Part shown: positions 25,901 through 37,305 of the stretch, one piece after another | Numbering within the stretch: the first letter of the stretch is position 1 | Layout: each line of letters opens with the position of its first letter | Origin: Raja brachyura | Taxonomy: Eukaryota | NCBI GenBank assembly: GCA_963514005.1 | Contig: OY740800.1 | Coordinates: forward strand, 17,484,001 to 17,548,000 | Reading direction: 5' to 3' | DNA length: 64,000 bases | The notes under the pieces: generated by a model | Told to the model about the DNA's origin: nothing | The model's database searches: none | What the model saw: only the letters and a program-made list of their open reading frames with translations | Translations under genes and position numbers: made by a program

Positions 25901-27119
25901 TAACAAAATCTAAAATACAGTTTATAAATTGGTGCAGGATTACATGACTTTATAATCAATGGTTCAATGGTACTCCACTGTCACATGCACATAGGTACAG
26001 TGAAACTTCATTATTGCATAGCTTAGTAAAAATCTCACTATACATAGGCACAATCATACTTGTACAAGAGTGCAAGAATAGTAGATTACACTGAGACAGT
26101 ACACAAGATTCGCCACATTTCCAGTGTCATTAATTCAGAAGAGAAGAGGACACTAGTGCCTCTTTCTATATTTAACTGAAATAAGAGTGTTCAAGTATTT
26201 GACTGCAGTAAAGAAGGGTCTCTACCCAAAACATCACCTATTCCTTTTCTCCAGAGATGCTGTCTGACCGGCTGAGTTACTGCTGCTTTTTGTGTCCATC
26301 TTCAACTTACCACGAATGTTTGGTGAAGGAATCACGAAAGAATTAGTGCTTAGTCTCCCAATGTTCACATACACAAGCATCCTGTGCATATTGTAAATCA
26401 GTGACTGGGGCTATGTACAATGTTCTTCTGGATAAGAGGCGTTGGAGGATTAAAACATTCTCGCTCAGAGAATGCAGATTGCAGATTAGTTATACTCTAA
26501 CAAGGGCTTGTTGGAGGTGAAGTCCAATGTTGCAGAAAATGATATTAAGAAGTGGATTGATTAGGTAATACAGTCTGTTTCTCTCTAGTTTGCACTGACA
26601 TTGGGTCTGCAGTAGACATTTAAGACAGGATCATTAATATGCATGTCATAACATGGCATGCACAGAATAGGAATGAATTTCTGTGATCAGCCAAATTAGT
26701 GAATGATTCTGCATTATCTTTCTTATTTAACAGCGTCAACAAATCGGTAGATCACAAAACACTATGCAGAGCGGCTGGTACTGTTCCCTGTATTTTTCTT
26801 GCATTTGCCACATGGTGGACATTATGTCCATTGTATCTCCAGGTGGACAGAATGTATAGATGACACTTGCTTATGTGTGTACATGGAGTCTGAGCTCAAG
26901 TTGATTTCTTCACCGAAGCAACCGAGAGGCTGGGTTGATACTAAACAGCTTACAGACAAAGATCTTCCAAAAGCTTTCTCTCAACATCACCGCTCAAGAC
27001 AAGAGTCACGAGTGTTTTATTGTCATATGTTCCAGACAGAATAATGAAAAACAGGACACATATCAACCACTTTCTATATTTTTGGAGCACCTTTCACTAA
27101 AGGCAAACAGCATTGATGA

Positions 27120-27730
27120 GTGTTGTCACCATCATGCCAACACAACGTTTGACACATACATGAAAAGACTGCTTGAAGACAGGATTATCAAACCCAGCAC
27201 CATGATCATGGTCTGCAGAGCAGCAAGCATCCACACCTCGTGCATGCATCAGAGACAAGGACAAGTCCTCCGTTTTATATCTATAAAATTCTCCAACTTC
27301 CTTTGCTCAATCCTGATCCTCTGAATCCACCATTAGCATCCTCACCCCGGCCAGTGATTCAAACATCAAGTCTCCGGTCATGCCTACAAGCTACCAGTGG
27401 ACAACCGACATTATCCACATGGCTGACACTAAACTCCAGAAACAGACTCTCCATGAAGGGCAGGAGATTTCCAAAAGGACAGAAGAATTCCTTTGAGATG
27501 TTCTCAAAGTTTATTTGAAAAATTGTAATGCCTTCTGAAACTCATGGGAGCCTCTGACCACTGACTGCTCAACATGGAGATCCAGGAAAGCAGTGAGCAC
27601 CTTGAGTCTCTTCTTCTCAATACCCACCTGCCCCACCTGTGTCAGTCTATTGACCCTACATCAGGCCCCTCGACCACTTCAAAATCCATGAACAACAGCA
27701 CATTATCCTTTACCACAAGAAACTGCCAAA
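27120..27730 (+). mobile_element. Highly degenerate RTE-like LINE fragment
   Basis: Weak resemblance to the RTE ORF C-terminus (..GRR..G..K..F.D..K). It abuts the NELL2 exon donor. Confidence 0.35.
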
Positions 27731-27765
27731 TGAAGAAAATATCACCGAGAATCCTCTTTGCTTAC

Positions 27766-27861
27766 CTGTTTCACAGAATTGTCCCGTGAACCCTTGTGGA
27801 CAAGCACAGACCTTGGGTGCAATGCAGGTACCTCCATTCCTGCAGCCGTCCTCACAGAAAG
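27766..27861 (-). CDS. NELL2: NELL2 next coding exon (EGF-like domain), 96 bp, phase 1-1
   Basis: Minus strand reads ggtgtcttcacAG|CT TTC TGT GAG...GAA ACA G|GTAAG. It translates to (A)[31 protein letters not shown], continuing in frame from the 61387-61509 exon, as in NELL2 [32 protein letters not shown]. Confidence 0.95.
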
Positions 27862-28471
27862 CTGTGAAGACACCAAAGGATTTTCAGCATTACATTCCTA
27901 TAAATTATTATCCAGCCAACAAATCAAGTTCGTGATTCAACGATTCAAGGCAACAAGAAGGTTTCAAGTTAGGTTTCCCCTTAAAGCAACAAGTTAGGTT
28001 CCCACTTAAATCGCAAAACTTTTTAACAAGCAAATGTGTTTTGCCTACTGAGAAACAAGTCATGGAAGTGTAGACTATCATGTTTCACTTCATGCCAGAC
28101 CAAGACAGCATGGATTGTTGCTTTTTTAGATTCTTTCTCCAGTCACTTGAGAACTGTGTTCAATTCTGGTCAAAACATTACAGAAATAATATAATTGCAC
28201 CAGGAAGATTGAAGAGGATATTCAACAAGGATGTCTTCAGGATCATTAGTGATCACCCTATACACTAATACTATCCTACACATTAGGGACAATTTACAAT
28301 TTACAGAATCCAATTAATCTACAACCCTGCACATCTTTGGAGTGTGGGAGGAAACCAGAGCACCTGGAGAAAACCCATGCGGTCACTCGGCCCACCCATT
28401 CCTTCTCTCCAGAGATGCTGCCTGTCCCGCTGAGATACTCCAGCTTTTTGTGTCTATCTTCGGCCACAGGG

Positions 28472-29292
28472 AGATAAATGTGAGGTTATCCACTTTGGTG
28501 GCAAAAACAGGAAAGTAGATTATTATCTGAATGGTGGCCGATTATGAAAAGGGGAGATGCAACGAGACCGGGGTGTCATGGTACACCAGTCATTGAAAGT
28601 AGGCATGCAGGTGCAGCCGGCTGTGAAGATAGCGAATGGTATGTTGGCATACATAGCAAAAGGATTTGAGCACAAGAGCAGGGAGGTTCTACTGCAGTTG
28701 TACAGGGTCTTGGTGAGGCCACACCTGGAGTATTGCGTACAGTTTTGGTCTCCTAAACTGAGGAAAGACATTCTTGCCATAGAGGGAGTACAGAGAAGGT
28801 TCACCAGACTGATTCCTCAGATGGCAGGACTTCCATATGAAGAAAGACTGGATAGACTCGGCTTGTACTCGCTGGAATTTAGAAGATTGAGGGGGGATCT
28901 TATAGAGACTTACAAAATTCTTAAGGGGTTGGACAGGCTAGATGCAGGAAGATTGTTCCCGATGTTGGGGAACTGCAGAACAAGGGGTCACAGTTTAAGG
29001 ATAAGGGGGAAGTCTTTTAGGACCGAGATGAGAAAATCATTTTTCACACAGAAAGTGGTGAATCTGTGGAATTCTCTGCCACAGAAGGTAGTTGAGGCCA
29101 GTTCATTGGCTATATTTAAGAGGGAGTTAGATGTGGCCCTTGTGGCTAAAGGGATCAGGGGGTATGGAGAGAAGGCAGGTACAGGATACTGAGTTGGATG
29201 ATCAGCCATGATCATGTTGAATGGCGGTGCAGGCTCGAAGGGCCGAATGGCCTACTCCTGCACCTATTTTCTATGTTTCTATGTTTCTATGT
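28472..29292 (+). mobile_element. Young CR1 (HER1-like) LINE 3' part with an open ORF2 C-terminus
   Basis: ORF 28557-29192 gives [42 protein letters not shown], followed by an (TTTCTATG)n tail. Confidence 0.93.
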
Positions 29293-32200
29293 ACAAATTC
29301 CTTAACATGTCAGTTTCTTTGTTGAACTACATTAAGGGGAATGTTGCAATCAAAAGCGCTTGAACAATGGGTTGGGAAGAAAGGCAAACTGTAAGAAAGA
29401 GCACCTGTAATCAGGATCAAACCAAGATCTCTGGCGCTGCAAGGCAGCAATTCTACCACTGCGCCACTGTGCCATCCTAATTTGGTTCAGTAAATATTTT
29501 TTTTAACATTAATTAGTCCCATGTGTTAAAAACTGTCTTGCAATATAGACACTTAAGGGAAAGGTGATAATAACCCAGGAAAGTATTGAGCCTTTTGGGG
29601 CAAGGAGTAAAGCACGATAGCCCACAAATTCAACCATTGAAGCCGACAGACCTGAAATTCGCTGGTAAAGTAAAAAAGACTGCCACAAACATATAGCACA
29701 ATTAATGGCACGGCCAAGGAGAAATTGCTGGTTCCACTACTTTCTTGTACACCTTAGTTGCAAGATCACCAACGGATGTCTGTCCGATTTTGCTGAACAA
29801 ATTGCCCACCATAGACAACCCACTCTGTCACTGTTGTCATCGCCACAAGATCCCAATTCTGAGGCAGAATAACAATTTGCATATTTGAGACTTATGTCTG
29901 CGTTGGCCAGCTATTCATCCAGCTGGAATCGTAAGAGTCATACAGCAAGGAAACAGTGTTCTCCTGAGACGCTGCCTGGCCCGCTGAGTTACTCCAGCAC
30001 TTTGTTTATTTTTTTTAAGAATACCAGGTCCTTCCGCCCCACCAAATCTGTGCTGTCATGTGGCAATTATTTACAGCAATCCTCTGTTTTATTCTCCCCA
30101 CACTCCCAAAACCTCCTCCAAGATTCTACCTCTCATCTACATATCTCATGCAGGCTGAAGAAATTAGCTTAATTTAGCATTATGTACAGACATTGTGGGC
30201 CAAAGGCCTGTTCCTGTGCTGCGCTGTGCTGTTCTATGTTCTATCTGCAAGGGGCACTTTATTGTGGCCATTTAAGCTAGCAACCTGTACATTTTTGGTA
30301 AGTAGTGGGAATCTGGAGCACCCCTGAGGGAAACGTGCAAACTCCACACAGACACACCAGAGAGCAGGACTGAACCCAAGTTGCTAGAACTGTAAAGCAG
30401 CAGCTCTACTGAATAATTCTTCTTTTCTGTCCCCTTGCTAAATCTACATCTTGGATTTTATCTATTTCCCAACATCTTTCTCGATGTGGAGTTACAAACA
30501 TTAGGTGTGCTTCAGAGCTCAGGTTTAATACAGTCAATAGTTCTTCTGATGTTGGAATACAAAGAAGAATACCTTGGTAAGTTGAGAAGATTCTGAAATT
30601 GTAAAGTTAAACAATTCTATGAATGATCAGCCAACAATAGGAAATTTCTGCACCAGTGATTGCGTTACTGGTTTGCACATTGAATATGGAAAGTTAATAT
30701 ACAGGAGCTGATTCTATAAGGAAATATTCTAAATTGTATTGTCTGGATAAAACCATCCAGATAAATAACAGTTTATTGTGGGGCGTGGTTGACAGGCTGT
30801 ACACCAAAGATCTTCTGGTTAGAAGCTATTCTCAGTTAATGATGTCTGAATGTTTTCTGTGAAATAACCCAACCAATCATACAAAAATAACAATGACTGT
30901 CTGCAAACATTTTAATTTAGAAATTATCTAATTAAGCTTAATAATTGGAAATTGATTGGAGAAAGTAAAGATTCAACAAAGATATGGGAAATCGGCCTCT
31001 AATAATATGGAAAAATTAAAACTGAAGATAATTACTACAAAAAAGATTAAACATGGGACAGATACTGCATGGAAGGTACAAACCTGCCATCTGAGTAACG
31101 ATTCTGCGAGACATGTTTCTTTGATAAGAAAAATGCTCAAGGATAAATTTACACCAATATCTCATCAAGATGATTTCTAAACTTTTGAAATGCGCAGTTC
31201 AAACTGGGATAATGTGAAACAGTCTTGCAAGGAATTATGATGTTTTCTCAAAATAGAACATAATCATAATAATTGTTTGCAGCATTAAAATAATTACCAT
31301 GCAAAAGCTAGAAAAACAACAAAGTTGTGTATCCATGACAAATAAAATTTCAAATGATGAAAAGGCTTGGGGAGAATGTCAGCAAATGGAAAGGAAAGTT
31401 GTGATAAGTACACAACCATGTTTGACCTGCTCCACATTTTTCAGAGCTGACAGCCCTGAGAACAGTTGCCATCCAATGGCACAGCTGAGCACAAGGACAC
31501 TTGCTGATAGTAACAGCACTTAATATCAGCCGAGCTATTCAAAGTGATGGGTTTCTGCCAAATAACATTGAAGGAAGAAAGGTTATTTTAAAATATCCAA
31601 TTTTCTCCATTCAAAATGATCTCAGAAATTGCTATTCATTGAAAACATGGCTCCATCTAGATCAGCCTTTCAAACAATATACCATTATCAACAATAGTTG
31701 GGAAATTCAATTTGCTGAAATAGATTAGAAATTCAATATGTAAATAGTTTTGTGTGCCATCTTGTAAATAAACCTTTACCTCTGCTATGTTTCAATACAT
31801 TCATGAAGACATTGCAAACTGGCAATGGGAGTAGAAGCTTTCCATCAGGTTTATTGAAGGATATTTTTTACTCTTAATTGGAAAGTTCTTCTTGGTGTAA
31901 AGCAACAACATGCATAGAATTTTGTATGTCTGAGAACTGTACTGTGCTCTGAAGAGAGTGAACCACATCGAAGCTGCAATATAAGGGACACTGTGGATCT
32001 TTGACTAAACTATTGTACATACCAATTTTAGCCAATTCACTTTTGAACAGGAAGAAGCCAACAACAATATATCAGGAGCTTAGCCTAGGAACCTGAGAAC
32101 CTTTCAGCTCATTAATTAATGGACATATTCTTAATAGAGTCTTAGAGTTGCACAGCAGAAAACTGGCCCTTCAGCCCCGCTCATCCATGCTGACGGTGCG

Positions 32201-32429
32201 TTATCCACAAGAATCCTATTTGGTCACATTAGGACGCATGACCCTTTATTCCTTTCCTATCCAAGTATCTGTCTAAATGCTTTTTAAACATTGTAATTGT
32301 ATCTGCCTGCACTATCTCCCTTGGCAACTCAATCCATATAACCAGCATCCTGTTGTGAAAAACCTGGGCCTCAGATTACTGTTAAATTTCTCCCGTCTCC
32401 TTAAATCTATACCTCTACAATCTTAGAAT

Positions 32430-33620
32430 CCTAGAAAATAGGTGCAGGAGTAGGCCATTCAGCCCTTCGTGCCTGCACCGCCATTCAATATGATCATGGC
32501 TGATCATCCAAATCAGTATCCTGTACCTGCCTTCTCTACATACCCCCTGATCCCTTTAGCCACAAGGACCACATCTAACTCCCTCTTAAATATAGCCAAT
32601 GAACTGGCCTCAACTCCGTTCTGTGGCAGGGAATTCCACAGACTCACCACTCGTTGTGTGAAAAATGATCGTTTCATCTCGGTCCTAAAAGACTTCCCCC
32701 TTATCCTTAAACTGTGATCCCTTGTTCTGGAGTCCCCCAACATCGGGAACAATCTTCCTGCATCTAGCATATCCAACCCCTTAAGAATTTTGTAAGTCTC
32801 TATAAGATCCCCCCCTCAATCTCCTAAATTCCAGTGGGTACAAGCCGAGTTTATCCAGTCTTTCTTCATATGGAAGTCCTGCCATCCGAGGAATCAGTCT
32901 GGTGAACCTTCTCTGTACTTCCTCTATGCCAAGAATGTCTTTCCTCAGATTAGGAGACCAAAAATGTATGCAATACTCCAGGTGCGGCCTCACCAAGACC
33001 CTGTACAACTGCAGTAGAACCTCCCTGCTCTTGTACTCAAATCCTGTTGCTATGAATGCCAACATACCATTCGCTTTCTTCACAGCCGGCTGCACCTGCA
33101 TGCCTACTTTTAATTACTGGTGTACCATGACACCCAAGTCTTGTTGCATCTCCCCCTTTCCTAATCGGCCACCGTTCAGATAATAGTCTACCCTCCTGTT
33201 TTTGCCACCAAAGTGGATAACCTCACATTTATCCGCATTATACTGCATCTGCCATGCATTTGCCCACTCCCACAACCTATCCAAGTAACCTTGCAGCCTC
33301 CTAGCATCCTCCTCATAGCTAACACTGCCCCCCAGCTTCATGTCATCCGCAAACTTGGAGATGTTGCATCCAATTCCCTCATCCAGATCATTAATATATA
33401 TTGTAAATAGCTGGGGTCCCAACACTGAGCCTTGTGGTACCCCACTAGTCACTGCCTGCCATTCTGAAAAGGACCTGTTTACTCCTACTCTTTGCTTCCT
33501 GTCTGCCAGCCAGTTCTCTTTCCACATCAACACTGAACCCCCAAATACCATATGCTTTAAGTTTGAATGCTAATCTCTTATGTGGGACCTTGTCAAAAGC
33601 CTTCTGAAAGTCCAGATACA
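32430..33620 (-). mobile_element. Young CR1 LINE, RT to 3' end (frameshifted)
   Basis: ORFs 33114-33551 (VTSGVPQGSVLGPQLFTIYINDL..KFADD), 32781-33101 and 32513-32776. Same family as 28472-29292, in inverted orientation. Confidence 0.93.
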
Positions 33621-33629
33621 ACTCTAATG

Positions 33630-34350
33630 TTAGACTTGCCTATCCAAGGAAAAAGACGCTGACAATCTACCCTATCTACACCCCACATAATATTATAAAC
33701 CTCGTATAAGTTCATCCCTCAGCCTCCAAAACTCTAGTGATGATAAACCCAGCCTATCCAATCACTCCTTATAAATAAAGACTTCTATTTCAGGGAACAT
33801 CTTGGTAAGCTCTTCTGTGCTCTTTCTAATGCTTCCATGTCCTTCCTATTGTGTGGTGATCAGAACTGTCAACACCACTTGAAGTGCTACCTGAGCAATA
33901 TCTAGTGTAACTGCAACATGAAATCCTACCTTTTATTCTTACTGCCTAGGTGCATGAAGGCACGCATGCCGAATGATTTCTTTCCTATCCCATCATTTGT
34001 GTTGCCATTTTCAGGGATCTATGAATTTGCACTCCAAGATCCCTCTGTACATCAACATCCTAAGGTTCCAGCCATTGACTGAATATATCCTGTTGGTGTT
34101 TGACATCTCCAAATACGTTACCTGACACTTGGTCAAATTCCATTGCTACCATTCCACCCAACTTCCCAACTGATCTGTATCCCACTGTCTCCTTTCACAA
34201 CATTTCTTTGCTATCTGCAACTCCATCAATTGTTGTGCTTTCAGCTAACATTCTGGTCTGTCTACATACACTTCACCTAAGACATTCATCTATGGTGATG
34301 GAAACTACAATGGTCCAAGCACTAATCCTTGTGTTCCCTCGCCTCTTTTT
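33630..34350 (-). mobile_element. Old CR1 LINE fragment
   Basis: Degenerate reverse-strand CR1 motifs (TGTGGTGATCAGAACTG, CCCAGCCTATCCAATC). Confidence 0.55.
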
Positions 34351-35578
34351 CACACCACTTTCCCAGAGGTTCTGCCAAATTCCCTAACCTTTAACGTGAC
34401 CCCATTCTGTAATCAGGGTATTGTACATTAATGGTTTTTTAACAACTCCGATTGCACTACAGTCTCACGCCCATCTGTTGCTTTGCACTTGTATTTTTTT
34501 TTGCTATATTTATAATTAATGCATGTATGCTATTTACTCTGTGAGTTTCATGGAAATTAGGAATTTCACCATGTATGATAATCAGCTAAACTAATCTAAA
34601 TTTACATAATTGGTCAAAGATAGAAAGACACACCTTGACCATTGTCCTCTGCTTCCAATCACCAAATTTTGGATCCAGTTTTCCAACTGGATCCCATATG
34701 TCCTGACGTCCAGACCACAACAATGCAAGCCAGAATCCACCTTTGTCAGAAGCCCAACTAAAGTCCATTACAATATTTTGTTGTCATAATAAATGTTCTT
34801 AATTATCTAAAGAAAAAAGGCGAGAGGCAGTCTCAGGAGGCATTATTATGTGAGCCGAAAGCAATGTAATCTGTAAAGACAGAAAAGGCAGAAAAGGACA
34901 CAATGTGCTGGAATAACTCAGCGTTTCAGGCAGCATCTCTGGAGAACATGGACAGGTGATGTTGCAGGTCAAGACCATTCTTCAGTCCAGTCTTTTGAAA
35001 ATAGATCCACCTTTATCAGGGAATTACTGGGTGAGCCAACACAAGCTAGATTAAAATATTTCTCGTCTTGATGTTTTAATTCACATCTTCACATAGCGTC
35101 ATAGAGTCATACAGTGCGGAAATAGGTTCATCGGCCCACACCAACCAACATGTCCCTACACAAGTCCCACCTGCCTGCATTTGGCCCATATCCTTCTAAA
35201 CCTGTCCTATCCATGTACCAGTCTAAATGGTACTTAAATGTTGCGATAGTACCTGCCTCAACTTCCCTCCTCTGACAGCTCGTTCCATACACCCACCACC
35301 CATTGTGTATAAAAGTTAACCCTCAGATTCTTACTAAATCTTTCCCCCCTAACCTTAAACCTATGCCCTCTGATTCTCAATTTCATTTCGGAGTCACGTG
35401 AGTGACTTCGTGAAGAGCCCGCCGGCGCGCATGCTCGACATATCGTCGCATCGCGTTGCTGCGACGGCTGGCGGTGGAGCGTGCTCCTCGCCAGCCCTTC
35501 CTAAGGGAACCACTGAGGTAAGTATCCTACCTTAAGTTGGTGGTCCTTGTTGTGTTGCTTTGTTTTCGCAGCAAGGAC

Positions 35579-37303
35579 ATGGATGGGAGCTCCAAGGGCC
35601 GGAGAACGTCTGGAAGAGGTTGCCGGTCAGCAGTCCCGGAGCCATTGATATCGGCGGTGCCTGCAGCGCAGACCGGGACTCGGGCGGGAATGTCGGTAAG
35701 CCCTGTGTTTACAGGTCCGGATCCGCCAGCACACCACAGTTCGGAGGAGTTCGACGAGGAGGAGTGTGGTGTGCCGCCAGAGCAGGAGGACCCTGCCATG
35801 GCAATCAGGTCGTCAGCAGGCTTGCTGGCGACCTCGAGCAGAAGGGTGCGTACAGCTGCACGGCCCTTTTCACTCAGCCCTCCGAGCAGGGGAAGGGCAG
35901 GAGCCCGGAAGTCTAACCCTGTAGGGGCTAAGGCTTTGCCTGCCGCCGAGGAGCGGTCAGGTTCCAGGGCGGGACCCGGGGCGGCTGTGAGGTCCAGTCG
36001 ACGCCCCCCAACTCTCGACGCCGGGACGGGTCGGTTGGGTCGGGTCTCGTCACGGTCGCCGAGCCCCCCATGGATGGGTGGGCGAGACCATGCGTCGGCG
36101 AGGTCCACGATGTGGGCAGCCGGCAAGCCCGCGCGGGCATCAGGTATCCAGGCTGCGGCTGGTGCCGACACTACGCCGCAAGTGCCCTTAGTGGCAGCGG
36201 CTTCAGCTCCCGCTAAACGGAGGCGGTTGAACACGCCCGCGCGGGAATCGCGCAGTTTCGCTTCGGCGGCTGTTAGCGACGACTACCGGCACCGGGTGGG
36301 CCTCGATGAGGTGCGGGCCGATGATAGGGGCCCTGGCCAATTTTCAGAGCCGGAGGACTCCGACCACCTGAGTGTTCAGGGTGAAGGGCGTATTGACCGT
36401 ATGGAGCGGCTGCTGGAGCTCCTGCTTCACGGTCAACAGCGACAGGCACAGGGCTGTTTCACCAACTTCCACCATCAGCCTGGAGCAGGATGAGGAGGTT
36501 TTGGTCGATCCCATCCCACCTCCGTCCGATTTACCAGCGGAGGGCATTCTCGATGTGGCCACTAGGTTCGCGGCCCCACACTCGTCTGGGCTTCCCCTGA
36601 ACTCGAAATTGGCAGCCACGGTGGACTTCCTCAACAACCATCAGCTCCAGGAAGAAGTTCTCATTCAGGCCATGAGCCGTCACAAGGCTCCATCCAACTG
36701 CAACTCCCTCAACGTGCCTGTGGTCAATACGCCGATATGGGGCAACATCAGTGCGGCTATCCGTCAACAGGAGCTGAAAAGTCAGCGGATCCTGAAGCTC
36801 CTCACGGCCGGTATTACCGCCTTTGTGCGGTCGGTTGATGGGGATGAATTAAATTTGGACCAGGAGGATGCTCTGGCTCTATTGTGTGCAACTCAACATG
36901 AGATCGATGGGTTCCGCAAAAGCAGCATCCGCCCGGCGCTCAACCCTAAGTTTGCAGGGTTGTGCAAACCATCGCCGCCGCCGCCGCCCCGTCAGCTCTT
37001 TGGCGAAGATCTCTCTAAGAGGGTCAAAGAGCTTGACGAACAAGCCAAAATGGTGGGACTCATGCGCTCTCACAGTGCCCCCACGCCGTCGGGCTCGAAA
37101 GCTCCGCTTGTTCGGCCACGAGGGTCTGCCAGCACCTCTACAAGGACCTACCCTCCAGCTCCACCCCGTTACCAACAGCCCCAGCACCAGGGGGCTTTTT
37201 TAGGCAAGGTCGGCAGAAACCCTGGTGGAAGATGAGGACGCCGCGCCCTCGAGCCAACCCAGCACCTGCACGTCCACCCACACGTATCAAGGACCGCCGG
37301 TAA
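35579..37303 (+). pseudogene. DIRS B gag-like ORF1 (two apparent frameshifts)
   Basis: ATG at 35579. ORF 35537-36493 carries RIDRMERLLELLL, comparable to RLTRMEQMVEQLL in A, followed by ORF 36372-37235. A shifted C-terminus PWWKMR...DRR-TAA (37303) matches A's PSWKMR...NRR-TAA. Confidence 0.8.
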
Positions 37304-37305
37304 CC

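Noticed and set aside
1-27765. Further NELL2 exons (DIDEC... EGF and vWC exons)
   Set aside because: I found no matching minus-strand exon by eye here or in 61510-64000. They probably lie outside the window, though a manual scan could miss one.
35527-36234. 235-aa antisense ORF in DIRS B
   Set aside because: Expected from very high GC content, with no recognisable domain and no convincing counterpart in DIRS A.
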